NCBI GenBank assembly: GCA_042216015.1
Contig: JBDGUI010000030.1
Coordinates: forward strand, 1 to 47,565
DNA: 47,565 nucleotides
Direction: 5' to 3'
DNA from: Halodesulfurarchaeum sp.
GTDB lineage: Archaea > Halobacteriota > Halobacteria > Halobacteriales > Halobacteriaceae
The notes below the pieces were generated by a model, which was not told where the DNA came from, made no database searches, and was given only the letters and a program-made list of their open reading frames with translations. This document shows, piece by piece, positions 20,087 through 29,239 of this stretch. Both the position numbers and the translations under genes were made by a program. The first letter of the stretch is position 1. Every line of letters begins with the position of its first letter.

Positions 20087-20367
20087 CAATCCCTGAGTGC
20101 CTGGACGTAGGCGGCGACGCCCTGCAACAGGTCACTCTTTCCGGAGTCGTCCGCATTCTTGACGGCGACCCGCCCAGTTTGTTCCCGGGGGGCACGCGGA
20201 TAGGCCAGGTCCGGTTCGATCACGGCGTCGTATCCGACCTGCCCGACTGCCTCCGCGATCTCGTCGACGGTGGGATCGGTGACGGCCAGCGATTCCGGCA
20301 CGCGACGCCCCTCATTCCGGGAGCGATCGGCGTCGAAGTACGCCGGCCAGAGGATGTTCTCCACCAT
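20086..20367 (-). CDS. srp19: signal recognition particle protein Srp19
   Basis: [26 protein letters not shown] and KSDLL. Confidence 0.95.
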   Translation of the reverse strand: MVENILWPAYFDADRSRNEGRRVPESLAVTDPTVDEIAEAVGQVGYDAVIEPDLAYPRAPREQTGRVAVKNADDSGKSDLLQGVAAYVQALRD

Positions 20368-20458
20368 TTGGGAGACCGTACCCGACCGAGCGGGAAACCG
20401 TTGACGGATGCCCCCGCCGAACGAGGCACGTAAACGGCCGCCAGAGTTACGGGGTACC

Positions 20459-22594
20459 ATGAGGGTCCGCCCCGCCGTCGCGATACTCGTCGGTGCACTT
20501 CTTTTGCTCCCGGTTGCCGGCCTGTTGACGCCCGTAGCCGCCGAGATTGGAGGCGCCCAACCCGATTTGCGCGCCGGGAGTGTCGGCGATCTGGGTACGA
20601 CGGGGCCGACGGAGACACAGCCCGGAGCGACGATGGCCGCAACTACGGGGGAAAACACGCTCAGGCGAACCGTGATCTTCTCTCTCCGACCGGGGGAGCC
20701 AGGGGTGATCACGGCGAAGATGCGGTTCGAGATTCCCGATCAGGTCGTCGAATTGAAGACGGCAATTCCGAGCAATGCGACCGTCGAGGGGACTCCCGGA
20801 TTCGAGCCGGCCGGCAACGGCAACTACTCCTGGGACGGCAGCACTGTTCGACCATCGGTGACCCTCGCGTATTCGGTGAATCGCACGGGGGCGTATCACC
20901 TGAGCAGCGAATCCGGTGGGAGAAACCGCTCGATTGAGCCGGCCACCGGTGCCGAAACTGGGTATACGTTCGTCGACACGGGGAACTGGGCAATCGCCAC
21001 CGTTTTCCCTCCTTCTGTCTGGTGGTCGGCCTACCGGGACTCCCCACGCGTGAGTTTCGAGAGGGAGACGGCTGTCAAGGGATCGGGCGTCGCCGGTGCC
21101 AGCATGGTCTTTCTTGGCGAACACACGAGTCTGACCCGAACCGTGGATGGCACACCGATCAGGCTCGTCGTCCCCGCGGCGGCGACCCTCGAACCGAGTG
21201 AAACGGCCGTTCTGAACTCCATCGAAGCCGCGGCGCCATTTCTCCCGGAGAGTGATGGGGGCCCATCAGTCCTCATCGCCGCACCGACGAGTGTCAACTG
21301 GGGGCCGTACGGATTGGCAGAGGGGAGCGATGCGTGGGTGCGGGCAGACGAATCGATCGGCGTTGCCGGAAACGTGTGGCTTCACGAATTCGTTCACCTC
21401 CGACAGGATTTCCGAACCGACCGTGATGCTCGATGGATCAATGAAGGAATGGCCGAATACTACGCCGCGTATCTGACCCTCGAGCAGGGCCGGATCGACT
21501 TCGCCGACTTCCGAGACCATCTCGACCGAGCCACGAGCCCCCGGTACGACGAGACCGTGCTCACCCGGCCCGAGACGTGGGATTCACTGGGGAATTACGT
21601 CAAGGGCGCACTCGTTTATGGGACGATCGACCGGCAGATTCGCATGGACACTCGTGGGTCCTACACTGCCCGGTATCTCTTCGAGCGGTTGAATGAGCGG
21701 GGGAAGCCGATCGATCACGCGTTTTTGAGGGCAACGCTCGAACGACTCGTCGACGCCGAGACGGCGAGAGAGTTGAACGACTACATGAGCACGAGAGAAA
21801 CTCCGGAGATGTGGTCCCGTGCAGAGCATCGGAGTGCATTCGGGTCGGACCCCCCGAATATCGTGACAACCATCGGGCCCACTTTCGCGGTGACCGGGCC
21901 CTACCGCAATCGAACGGTCGGCACGATTCCAACGCTCGTGCCGAACGAGCGCCTCTCGATTCCCATCACGGTCACCAACGAGGGTGGGGAAGCCGGAACG
22001 TACGATCTTGTCCTGACCGTCGACGGGGAGCCCGTCGCAGAGGGGAGTGGCACACTGGAGGGAGGTCAATCCGAGACCCTCACCCTCAGGCACACCTTCG
22101 AACGGAAGGGAACCTTCGATCTCTCGATCGGGTCACAGACGTGGACGGTCACCGTTCGAGCGCCGGCGACTCCGATCGTCTCGAATCTTCAGGTCTCCCG
22201 TGTCGATGGCGAATCTGGGCAGACGTTCTCCATTGCCGTGACGATCTCGAACCCGAATTACTGGCCCGCCTCGGGGACGATCACCACGTCCATTGCAGAA
22301 CGAGGGATCCAGACCTGGCACCTGAACCTCGATGCAAACGCCACGATCGAGAGATCAATACGTGTGCAGATCCCGGATCCGGGCCACTATCGTGTGCGAG
22401 CGGGAGGAATGACTGCATCGGTGACCGTCGTCGACAGCCAGGCGACCCCGACGGACGGGCAACCGACACCGACCGAACCGTCACCGGGGACTGGGACACT
22501 CACGGGCGAAACGACTGACACCATCACTCCCGGCTTCACACCGATCATTTCACTTCTGGCTCTATTGGTCGCCGGCGGCCGCTTCGTGCGGTAA
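20459..22594 (+). CDS. secreted cell-surface zinc metallopeptidase (gluzincin) with CARDB-like domains and a PGF-CTERM anchor
   Basis: Sec signal peptide. HEFVH-x15-E (NEGMAEY) and YVKGAL. Ig-like VTNEGG domains. Thr-rich linker, then TPGF, a TM segment and basic residues. Confidence 0.75.
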   Translation: MRVRPAVAILVGALLLLPVAGLLTPVAAEIGGAQPDLRAGSVGDLGTTGPTETQPGATMAATTGENTLRRTVIFSLRPGEPGVITAKMRFEIPDQVVELKTAIPSNATVEGTPGFEPAGNGNYSWDGSTVRPSVTLAYSVNRTGAYHLSSESGGRNRSIEPATGAETGYTFVDTGNWAIATVFPPSVWWSAYRDSPRVSFERETAVKGSGVAGASMVFLGEHTSLTRTVDGTPIRLVVPAAATLEPSETAVLNSIEAAAPFLPESDGGPSVLIAAPTSVNWGPYGLAEGSDAWVRADESIGVAGNVWLHEFVHLRQDFRTDRDARWINEGMAEYYAAYLTLEQGRIDFADFRDHLDRATSPRYDETVLTRPETWDSLGNYVKGALVYGTIDRQIRMDTRGSYTARYLFERLNERGKPIDHAFLRATLERLVDAETARELNDYMSTRETPEMWSRAEHRSAFGSDPPNIVTTIGPTFAVTGPYRNRTVGTIPTLVPNERLSIPITVTNEGGEAGTYDLVLTVDGEPVAEGSGTLEGGQSETLTLRHTFERKGTFDLSIGSQTWTVTVRAPATPIVSNLQVSRVDGESGQTFSIAVTISNPNYWPASGTITTSIAERGIQTWHLNLDANATIERSIRVQIPDPGHYRVRAGGMTASVTVVDSQATPTDGQPTPTEPSPGTGTLTGETTDTITPGFTPIISLLALLVAGGRFVR

Positions 22595-22663
22595 ACGAGG
22601 GAGGAAGTCTCTCCAGGATTCGCAATCTTTATACAGTATCGCAATTCTACCTTCCGGTGACAC

Positions 22664-24238
22664 ATGAGCCAGCGAATGCGCGGTGGACAGCCGGTATTCA
22701 TTCTGAACGAGGACAGCGAGCGAACCCAGGGAAAGGACGCCCGGACCTCCAATATTACGGCCGGAAAGGCCATCGCAGAATCGGTGAGGACGACGCTCGG
22801 GCCCAAGGGAATGGACAAGATGCTCGTGAGCGACGCGGGCGACGTCGTGATCACGAACGACGGAGCGACCATCCTCGACGAGATGGACATCGAGCACCCG
22901 GCCGCCCAGATGCTCATCGAGGTCGCCGAGTCACAGGAAGAGGCCGTCGGCGACGGCACGACGAGCGCCGCGATCCTGGCCGGCCAGTTGCTCTCCGAGG
23001 CCGAGGACTTCATCGACGACGACATCCACCCGACGACCATCGTCGAGGGATTCTCACACGCGCGCGACATCGCCTTCGACGCCCTCGAGGATCTGATTCT
23101 CGACGTCGACATCGACGATGACGAGACCCTCATCGACATCGCACGGTCGGCCATGACCGGCAAGGGCACGGGCGGCGTCACCGCCGAAACGCTGGCCGAG
23201 AGCATCGTCCAAGCGATCAGACAGGTCGAGGAGGACGGCGTCATTCACGACGAGAACATCCAGATCGTCACCCAACCCGGCGAGTCCTCGAGTGCCACGA
23301 GAGTCGTCGATGGGGTCGTCTTCGACGAGGAACCCCTCCGGGAAGACATGCCACGATCCATCGAGGACGCAACCGTGGCCGTCGTCGACGCCGACCTCGA
23401 TACCCGTGAAACCGAAGCCAACGTCGAATATAACGTCCAGAGCGCAGACCAGCTCGACCAGGCGATCGCGAGCGAACAGAAGGAACTTCGCCAGTATGCA
23501 GATGCACTCGCGGAGGCGGGCGTCGACGTGGCCTTCGTGACCGGCGACGTGGCCGATATGACGGCCGGATTCCTCGCCAACGCTGGCATCCTCGCCTTCG
23601 ATTCCCTCAGCAGCGACGATGCGAGTTCGATTACCCGGACGACAGGCGCCAATTTGCTCGCGACCGTTGAGGACATCGAAGCCGCAGATCTCGGTCACGC
23701 CGAGAGCCTCTCGGTCGAGCGATACGGGGAGGACGACCTGCTCTTCATCTCCGGTGGTGCAAGTGCGGAAGCGGTCACGCTGTTCGTTCGGGCTGGCACC
23801 GAACACGTCCTCGACGAACTCGAACGGGCGGTCCAGGACGGGATCGACGCGGTTCTCGCCGCCACCGATACCGGCCAGGTCGTCCCGGGGGCCGGATGCA
23901 CCGAGGTCAAACTCGCGAATGCCGTCCGCTCGGCGTCCGCCGGAATCGAGGGCCGAGAGCAACTCGCCGTCGAGGCCTTCGCCGACGCGCTCGATTCGAT
24001 CCCGCGAACGATCGCTGAGAACACGGGCATGGATCCGATCGACGCCCTCGTCGAGGTCCGGGCCGCCAACGAAGACGGTCGCGGCGGAATCCTCGCTCGA
24101 TCGGAGCGAGGCACCGTGGACGATCCCGTCGAATACGGCGTCCTCGACCCGGCAGCCGTCAAGCGCGAGGTGCTTTCCTCGGCGACGGAAGCCGCCACGA
24201 TGATCGTCCGAATCGACGACGTCATCACCGCCGAGTGA
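22664..24238 (+). CDS. thermosome (group II chaperonin) subunit, probably the third/gamma type
   Basis: TLGPKGMDKM, ITNDGATIL, GDGTTSA and RIDDVI. It has no Gly-Met tail. Confidence 0.95.
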   Translation: MSQRMRGGQPVFILNEDSERTQGKDARTSNITAGKAIAESVRTTLGPKGMDKMLVSDAGDVVITNDGATILDEMDIEHPAAQMLIEVAESQEEAVGDGTTSAAILAGQLLSEAEDFIDDDIHPTTIVEGFSHARDIAFDALEDLILDVDIDDDETLIDIARSAMTGKGTGGVTAETLAESIVQAIRQVEEDGVIHDENIQIVTQPGESSSATRVVDGVVFDEEPLREDMPRSIEDATVAVVDADLDTRETEANVEYNVQSADQLDQAIASEQKELRQYADALAEAGVDVAFVTGDVADMTAGFLANAGILAFDSLSSDDASSITRTTGANLLATVEDIEAADLGHAESLSVERYGEDDLLFISGGASAEAVTLFVRAGTEHVLDELERAVQDGIDAVLAATDTGQVVPGAGCTEVKLANAVRSASAGIEGREQLAVEAFADALDSIPRTIAENTGMDPIDALVEVRAANEDGRGGILARSERGTVDDPVEYGVLDPAAVKREVLSSATEAATMIVRIDDVITAE

Positions 24239-24332
24239 TCCATCGACGGCCGGTTTGACTTCTCCCTGGTGACCATCGCGTTCACAAATCAGTTCCCCGC
24301 ATTTCATTGTCTTTCAGGGCGTATACCCATAC

Positions 24333-24953
24333 ATGCGCCTGGAACCCGACGTGAAACTGAGCCGGACACAGGGTGTCTGGGCCGTGAGTCATGCACGGAA
24401 CGTCGTCGAAAACGTCGTCGAGCGGGGAAGTAAACCCGAGCGTCCCGATTCCGTCGATCCAGTCTTCCGGATCGAGCGGGGCGCCTTCGTGACGTTGCAG
24501 AAAGGGAAGGAGTTGCGAGGCTGTATCGGACGTCCCACGCCGGAGCAACCGGCACTGGACGCGATCCGCGAAGCCGCGGCCGACGCAGCAAGCGCGGATC
24601 CACGATTTCCACCCGTGAAACCCCGAGAACTCTCCTCGATTCGGACGGAGGTGAGCGTGCTCACCCCGCCGGAGCCACTGGAATCACCGGGTCCGGAGAC
24701 GGTAACGGTCGGTCGGGATGGATTGATCGTGTCCGGTCGAGAGCGAAGCGGGCTGTTGCTTCCACAGGTACCGGTCGACCAGGGTTGGGACGCGGAGACG
24801 TTTCTCGAACGGACCTGTCGGAAGGCTGGCCTCCCGGCGGACTGCTATGGGGACCCGGAGGTATCCATCAGGCGGTTCACCGCCCAGATCTTCGAGGAGC
24901 GGGAGCCAAAAGGTGAAATCGTGCACCGCTCGATCGGAGAAACGGAGGCATGA
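24333..24953 (+). CDS. amrA: AMMECR1-domain protein (AmmeMemoRadiSam system protein A)
   Basis: GAFVTL, LRGCIG, DPRF, EVSVLT, GLLLPQV and CRKAGL. Confidence 0.92.
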   Translation: MRLEPDVKLSRTQGVWAVSHARNVVENVVERGSKPERPDSVDPVFRIERGAFVTLQKGKELRGCIGRPTPEQPALDAIREAAADAASADPRFPPVKPRELSSIRTEVSVLTPPEPLESPGPETVTVGRDGLIVSGRERSGLLLPQVPVDQGWDAETFLERTCRKAGLPADCYGDPEVSIRRFTAQIFEEREPKGEIVHRSIGETEA

Positions 24954-24956
24954 ATC

Positions 24957-25796
24957 ATGTCGATGAATAGACAGCCAGCCGTCGCCGGTCAGTTTTATGC
25001 CGGCAGTGAACGGGCCCTCATCGAGCAAATCGAAGCGGCATTCGAACACCGGATGGGCCCGGGTACGGTCCCAGCGGTCGATTCCTCGGGGGAACTGCCC
25101 ACTGCCGTCGTCTCACCCCATGCCGGGTATCCGTATTCGGGACCCATCGCAGCACACGGGTTCGCGCGGTTGGCTCGCGGCGGACGGCCCGAAGCCGTCG
25201 TCCTGGTCGGTCCCAACCACGGACGAGGTGGTGCCCCGCTCGCAATCTCCGGGGCCGATGGATGGCAAACGCCGCTTGGAGAAGTTCCCATTCACGACGG
25301 AATTCGGTCGAGCCTCGCGTCGGCACCGGGGTTCGAAGTCGACGAACGAACCCACGCAGGAGAACACTCCCTCGAGGTTCAGGTTCCGCTGCTCCAGTTT
25401 CTCTTCGATGACCTTCCGATCGTTCCCGTGCTCATGAGTCGGCAGGACGAGGAACGAATCGAACGGACCGTCTCGGGACTCACCGATTCGCTTGGGGATG
25501 AGCGGGACATCGTCCTGCTCGCATCGACGGATCTCACCCATTACGAACCCCAGATGCGAGCGAAGGAGGCTGATTCTGTCATTCGGGAGGCAATCGAGGA
25601 TCTGGACGCAGCGGCGATCATGGAGGCCGCTCGATCGGGCCATACTATGTGTGGTGCGGGACCGACGGCCGCAGTACTCCGGGCCAGTCGAGAACTCGGG
25701 GCCAGGGAGGGAACTGTGCTGGCCTATGGGACGAGTGGAGATACGGCTGGCAGCACCGACTCGGTTGTGGGATACGTCTCGGCGACGGTCGAGTGA
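24957..25796 (+). CDS. amrB: MEMO1 family protein (AmmeMemoRadiSam system protein B)
   Basis: RQPAVAGQFY, PHAGYPYSG, GPNH, EHSLEVQ, STDLTHY, MCG and VVGY. Confidence 0.93.
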   Translation: MSMNRQPAVAGQFYAGSERALIEQIEAAFEHRMGPGTVPAVDSSGELPTAVVSPHAGYPYSGPIAAHGFARLARGGRPEAVVLVGPNHGRGGAPLAISGADGWQTPLGEVPIHDGIRSSLASAPGFEVDERTHAGEHSLEVQVPLLQFLFDDLPIVPVLMSRQDEERIERTVSGLTDSLGDERDIVLLASTDLTHYEPQMRAKEADSVIREAIEDLDAAAIMEAARSGHTMCGAGPTAAVLRASRELGAREGTVLAYGTSGDTAGSTDSVVGYVSATVE

Positions 25797-25886
25797 CCGC
25801 GATCGCAGGGACGTTCCAACGCCCCCGCCCTGTCCCGATCGGGCGATTCACCGGGTTTATGCCGGCGTGGAATCCCACCTAGAGGT

Positions 25887-26483
25887 ATGCAGTCAAGCCG
25901 CCGTCGATTCCTCCAGATGGCCTCCCTTGCCGGTGTCGGATCGATTGCCGGATGTCTCGGCGACACGTCCGATACCTTGCCCGCGCCGAGGAAAGGCGAT
26001 CCGGACGCGCCAGTGACAATCGAATCTTTCGAGGATTTTACCTGCGGGCACTGTAAACAGTTCGCTCTCGAGGTCGTTCCCGACCTCGAATCCAGGTACG
26101 TCGAGCCGGGTACCGCACAGTACATTCGACACGATTTTCCGTTCCTCGACCCGGAGTGGTCCTTCAAGACGGCCAATGCGGCCCGCGCCGTCCAGGACAC
26201 GGAGGGAGACGAGGCGTTCTTCGAGTTCGAGCGCCTCCTCTACGAGAACTTCGGCTCGTACAGTCTGGAACTGTTCGAATCCCTTACAGAATCGATCAGC
26301 GCCAACCCCGAGACGGTCCGATCGGCTGCCGTCGAGGGGACCTACCGGCCCACACTCGAAGCGGAACTCGAACTGGGAACCAAGATGGGGGTTTCTGCGA
26401 CTCCGACCGTGTTCGTCAACGGTGTCAAAGCGCCCTCGCCGCGGCTTCGCGACGTTGTTCGCACGGTCGAGGATCAACTGTAA
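25887..26483 (+). CDS. DsbA-family thiol-disulfide oxidoreductase, Tat lipoprotein
   Basis: Twin-arginine SRRRFL, lipobox IAGC, CGHC active site and the cis-Pro loop ATPT. Confidence 0.9.
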   Translation: MQSSRRRFLQMASLAGVGSIAGCLGDTSDTLPAPRKGDPDAPVTIESFEDFTCGHCKQFALEVVPDLESRYVEPGTAQYIRHDFPFLDPEWSFKTANAARAVQDTEGDEAFFEFERLLYENFGSYSLELFESLTESISANPETVRSAAVEGTYRPTLEAELELGTKMGVSATPTVFVNGVKAPSPRLRDVVRTVEDQL

Positions 26484-26538
26484 CAGCCCAACTCGGATCG
26501 GGGTATTCGAGCGAGGACGCCACCGGAGCTCGTCGTGG

Positions 26539-26567
26539 TATTGTGCGCCCATTACAAAATCGTTAAG
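26539..26567 (+). promoter_or_regulatory. candidate operator TATTG-N11-CAAAA plus TATA box (TTAAG) of thioredoxin
   Basis: Motif at 26539-26559, TTAAG at 26563-26567, ATG at 26595. Confidence 0.55.
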
Positions 26568-26594
26568 TGGTCGGATGGGATACTACGTGATAGC

Positions 26595-27017
26595 ATGAGC
26601 GAAACATCGGACAAGATCGAGGAGATACGCCAACGGAAGCGGTCGGAACTCCGCGGCGAAGAGGGTTCGACGGACGAAGAGAGCGAGACGGCACCGAACG
26701 AACCGATTCACATCCGATCCGCGGATCACTTCGAGGAGGTCAAGGCCACCCACGACGTCGTTCTTGCGGACTTCCACGCGGAGTGGTGTGGACCATGCAA
26801 GATGCTCGAACCGATCGTCGAGGAACTCGCAGCCGAGACGGACGCTGCGATGGCCAAGGTCGACGTCGACGAACTCCAGGGATTGGCGCAGGCCCACCGC
26901 GTGCAGGGCGTCCCGACCATGATCCTGTTCTCGGACGGCGAAATCGCCGAGCGAATCGTCGGTGTGCGGGAGAAAAGCGACATATTGCGACTCATCCAGC
27001 GGGAAGGCGGTGCCTGA
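26595..27017 (+). CDS. trxA: thioredoxin
   Basis: WCGPC active site, VQGVPT and the N-terminal charged extension typical of haloarchaeal thioredoxins. Confidence 0.95.
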   Translation: MSETSDKIEEIRQRKRSELRGEEGSTDEESETAPNEPIHIRSADHFEEVKATHDVVLADFHAEWCGPCKMLEPIVEELAAETDAAMAKVDVDELQGLAQAHRVQGVPTMILFSDGEIAERIVGVREKSDILRLIQREGGA

Positions 27018-27273
27018 GCACTTGATCCGGGGTGACGGTCTTGCAGGTCACACCGACCGGGTGACCGTTTTCGGTGCATCGATGGCTCACCGGTGTCCGG
27101 ATATCTGTGGTGAATGGGCCTCTCGTCGATGGTGAACGGCCCTGTTCTGTTGGCGAGTCGCTGAGACGTGGCTACGACACGGTGAGTGGAAGTTCTTGCC
27201 CAAGCGCGGGATTGAAGGACGTGGCTCCGACACGTGGGTGCGGGAGGTAGGACAAGAGGGACGAACGCCCGGG

Positions 27274-27684
27274 TCACGTCACGGGTGGTGGCGATTCCGG
27301 ACTGTCAGACCCCTCGCCGTATTTTTCCCGGAAGCGGGCAACGAGGTAGCCGATCTGGGCGTACCAGTCGTTGAGTTTGGTCTGCATTTCGTCGGCGATT
27401 TCGTCGGGATCCGTGATGCCGTAGACGTGGTAGTATCCACCCCGATCGTAATTCACCTGATTCTTCTGGACCAGACCGAACTGGAGCAGGCGCTGGACCG
27501 AACGGTAGACGGTCGATCGCTCCCGGTCGACATCACTCGCCAGATCGTCCACGGTCATTGGTTCACCTGCATCCGCGAGAACTCGAAAGCACTGTCGGTC
27601 GAGGTCATTGAGATCGTACAGACACTCGAGAAGCCCTTCACACTCGAGATCGCGCTCCAGATGACGGTTCAGGGCCTCGACCAT
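27274..27684 (-). CDS. single-domain TrmB-like winged-HTH regulator with N-terminal cysteines (OxsR-like)
   Basis: CEGLLEC (C15, C21) plus C32. HTH TVDDLAxxVDRERSTVYRSVQRL and wing GGYYHVY. Confidence 0.8.
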   Translation of the reverse strand: MVEALNRHLERDLECEGLLECLYDLNDLDRQCFRVLADAGEPMTVDDLASDVDRERSTVYRSVQRLLQFGLVQKNQVNYDRGGYYHVYGITDPDEIADEMQTKLNDWYAQIGYLVARFREKYGEGSDSPESPPPVT

Positions 27685-27710
27685 TCGTGGAGTGATTCAC
27701 GACGAGGGGA

Positions 27711-27737
27711 CAAAAGTCTTGCTCGGGAAATCCAATA
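27711..27737 (-). promoter_or_regulatory. candidate operator TATTG-N11-CAAGA plus TATA-like TTTTG of the TrmB-like regulator
   Basis: The minus strand reads TATTG GATTTCCCGAG CAAGA C TTTTG, ending 27 nt before the ATG at 27684. Confidence 0.5.
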
Positions 27738-27784
27738 CCGAACATTTTCATTGCCTCGAGCATCGACCGTCAGTCCAGTATCGG

Positions 27785-29140
27785 TTACTCGGGAATCGAC
27801 CCGGAGAGAACCTTTGCCGCGGTCAAGACCGGATCCCACGTCGGGCCAAATGGCGGCGCATAAGCCAGATCCAGTCGCTCCAGGTCCTCGACCGTCAGAC
27901 CCTCGTGCAGGGCGGTCGCAATGGTATCGATTCGCTTTGTGACCCCCTCTTCGCCGACCATGCTCGCCCCGAGAACCCTGCCGGTTCCTCGGTCGGCGAT
28001 GAGAGTCATCCGGATCGGTGAGCCACCTGGGTAGTATCCGGCCCTGGATCGAGTGGTGATGGTCTCGGCGACTGGATCGAAACCGGCCGCCTCGGCCCGT
28101 TCCTCGTGAACCAATCCCGTCCGTGCAGCCTCCAGATCGAATGCCTTTACCGCCGCCGTTCCGACGATCGGTCCCACGGGCGTTGGCGAACCGGCAACCG
28201 TCTGGCCCACGGCCCGCCCGGCCCGATTGGCCGAGAGCGCAAGCGGGACGTGAACCGGTTCGTCCGTGACGGCGTGGGTCATCTCTGCACAGTCACCGGC
28301 TGCATAGACGTTCTCGGCGGAGGTTCTGCCGTATTCGTCGATCGCGATTGCTCCGGTTTCCCCGAGTTCGATGTTCGCGGATTCGGCCAATGCCGCGTTC
28401 GGCTGCACTCCCACGCCCACGAGTGCCATGTCGAGGGGGACACGCTCGGATGGCGTCTGTACGGCCGCGAGTGAGGATTCGCCTTCGAACCCTTCGACCG
28501 GTGTTTCGAGGTGAAGCGAGACGCCCCGTTCGCGGAGTTCTTTCTCGACGGCCTCGCCGACTCCCTCGCCGAATGGATCAAGGACGTGCGACAGCATCTC
28601 GAAGAGGTGGACGTCGAGCCCGCGGGACCGAAACGCCTCCGCCATTTCGATGCCGACGTAGCCACCACCGACGATACCGACCAAATTCGGTGAATCCTCC
28701 CCCTCGATTCGCTGCCGGATCGCACGGCCGTCCTCCATATCGTGGAGGGTATAGACTCCAGGACGTTCGACGCCATCGATCGGGGGGACGACTGAACTCG
28801 CACCCGTTGCGATCAGGAGGTCGCCGTAGGACTGTTCGAACGTTCGTTCGGGCCCCTTGACGGTGACCGTCCCGGTTTTTGTGTCGATGGCGACCACCTC
28901 GTGGTTGGTCCGGAGGTCGATGTCGCGTTCTTCGCGGAATTCCGTGGCCGTTACCGAGACGAGATCCTCCAGACTCTCGATGTCGCCCTTGACGTAGTAC
29001 GGGAGTCCACAGGCTCCATAGGAGACCCACTCGCCACGCTCGAAGACGATGATTTCCAGGTCAGGTGCCTCCCGTCTCGCCTTGCTGGCCGCACTCATCC
29101 CGGCGGCGTCGCCACCGATAACGACGAAGGGGTCGGTCAT
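27785..29140 (-). CDS. CoA-disulfide reductase / NADH oxidase family flavoprotein
   Basis: FAD motif IGGDAAG, redox Cys in SYGACG, GGGYVGIE, YAAGD and C-terminal YAPPF. Confidence 0.9.
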   Translation of the reverse strand: MTDPFVVIGGDAAGMSAASKARREAPDLEIIVFERGEWVSYGACGLPYYVKGDIESLEDLVSVTATEFREERDIDLRTNHEVVAIDTKTGTVTVKGPERTFEQSYGDLLIATGASSVVPPIDGVERPGVYTLHDMEDGRAIRQRIEGEDSPNLVGIVGGGYVGIEMAEAFRSRGLDVHLFEMLSHVLDPFGEGVGEAVEKELRERGVSLHLETPVEGFEGESSLAAVQTPSERVPLDMALVGVGVQPNAALAESANIELGETGAIAIDEYGRTSAENVYAAGDCAEMTHAVTDEPVHVPLALSANRAGRAVGQTVAGSPTPVGPIVGTAAVKAFDLEAARTGLVHEERAEAAGFDPVAETITTRSRAGYYPGGSPIRMTLIADRGTGRVLGASMVGEEGVTKRIDTIATALHEGLTVEDLERLDLAYAPPFGPTWDPVLTAAKVLSGSIPE

Positions 29141-29163
29141 GTCCGGAGAGAGTCCGACGACGA

Positions 29164-29191
29164 CAATAAGTATTGTGCCGAGTGGGCAATA
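29164..29191 (-). promoter_or_regulatory. candidate operator TATTG-N11-CAATA plus TATA-like TTATTG of the CoA-disulfide reductase gene
   Basis: Perfect TATTG(29171-29175)-N11-CAATA(29187-29191). On the minus strand it is followed by C TTATTG, 24 nt before the ATG. Confidence 0.55.
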
Positions 29192-29239
29192 TTCTTTCCT
29201 GCAGAACGATTATCAAGTTCCACGCTCAGGAATCCACCA

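Noticed and set aside
27018..27273. 256-bp gap between convergent trxA and the regulator, with a short hairpin ACCG-TTTT-CGGT
   Set aside because: There is no credible ORF, TATA box or extended structure; it is probably terminator or spacer DNA.
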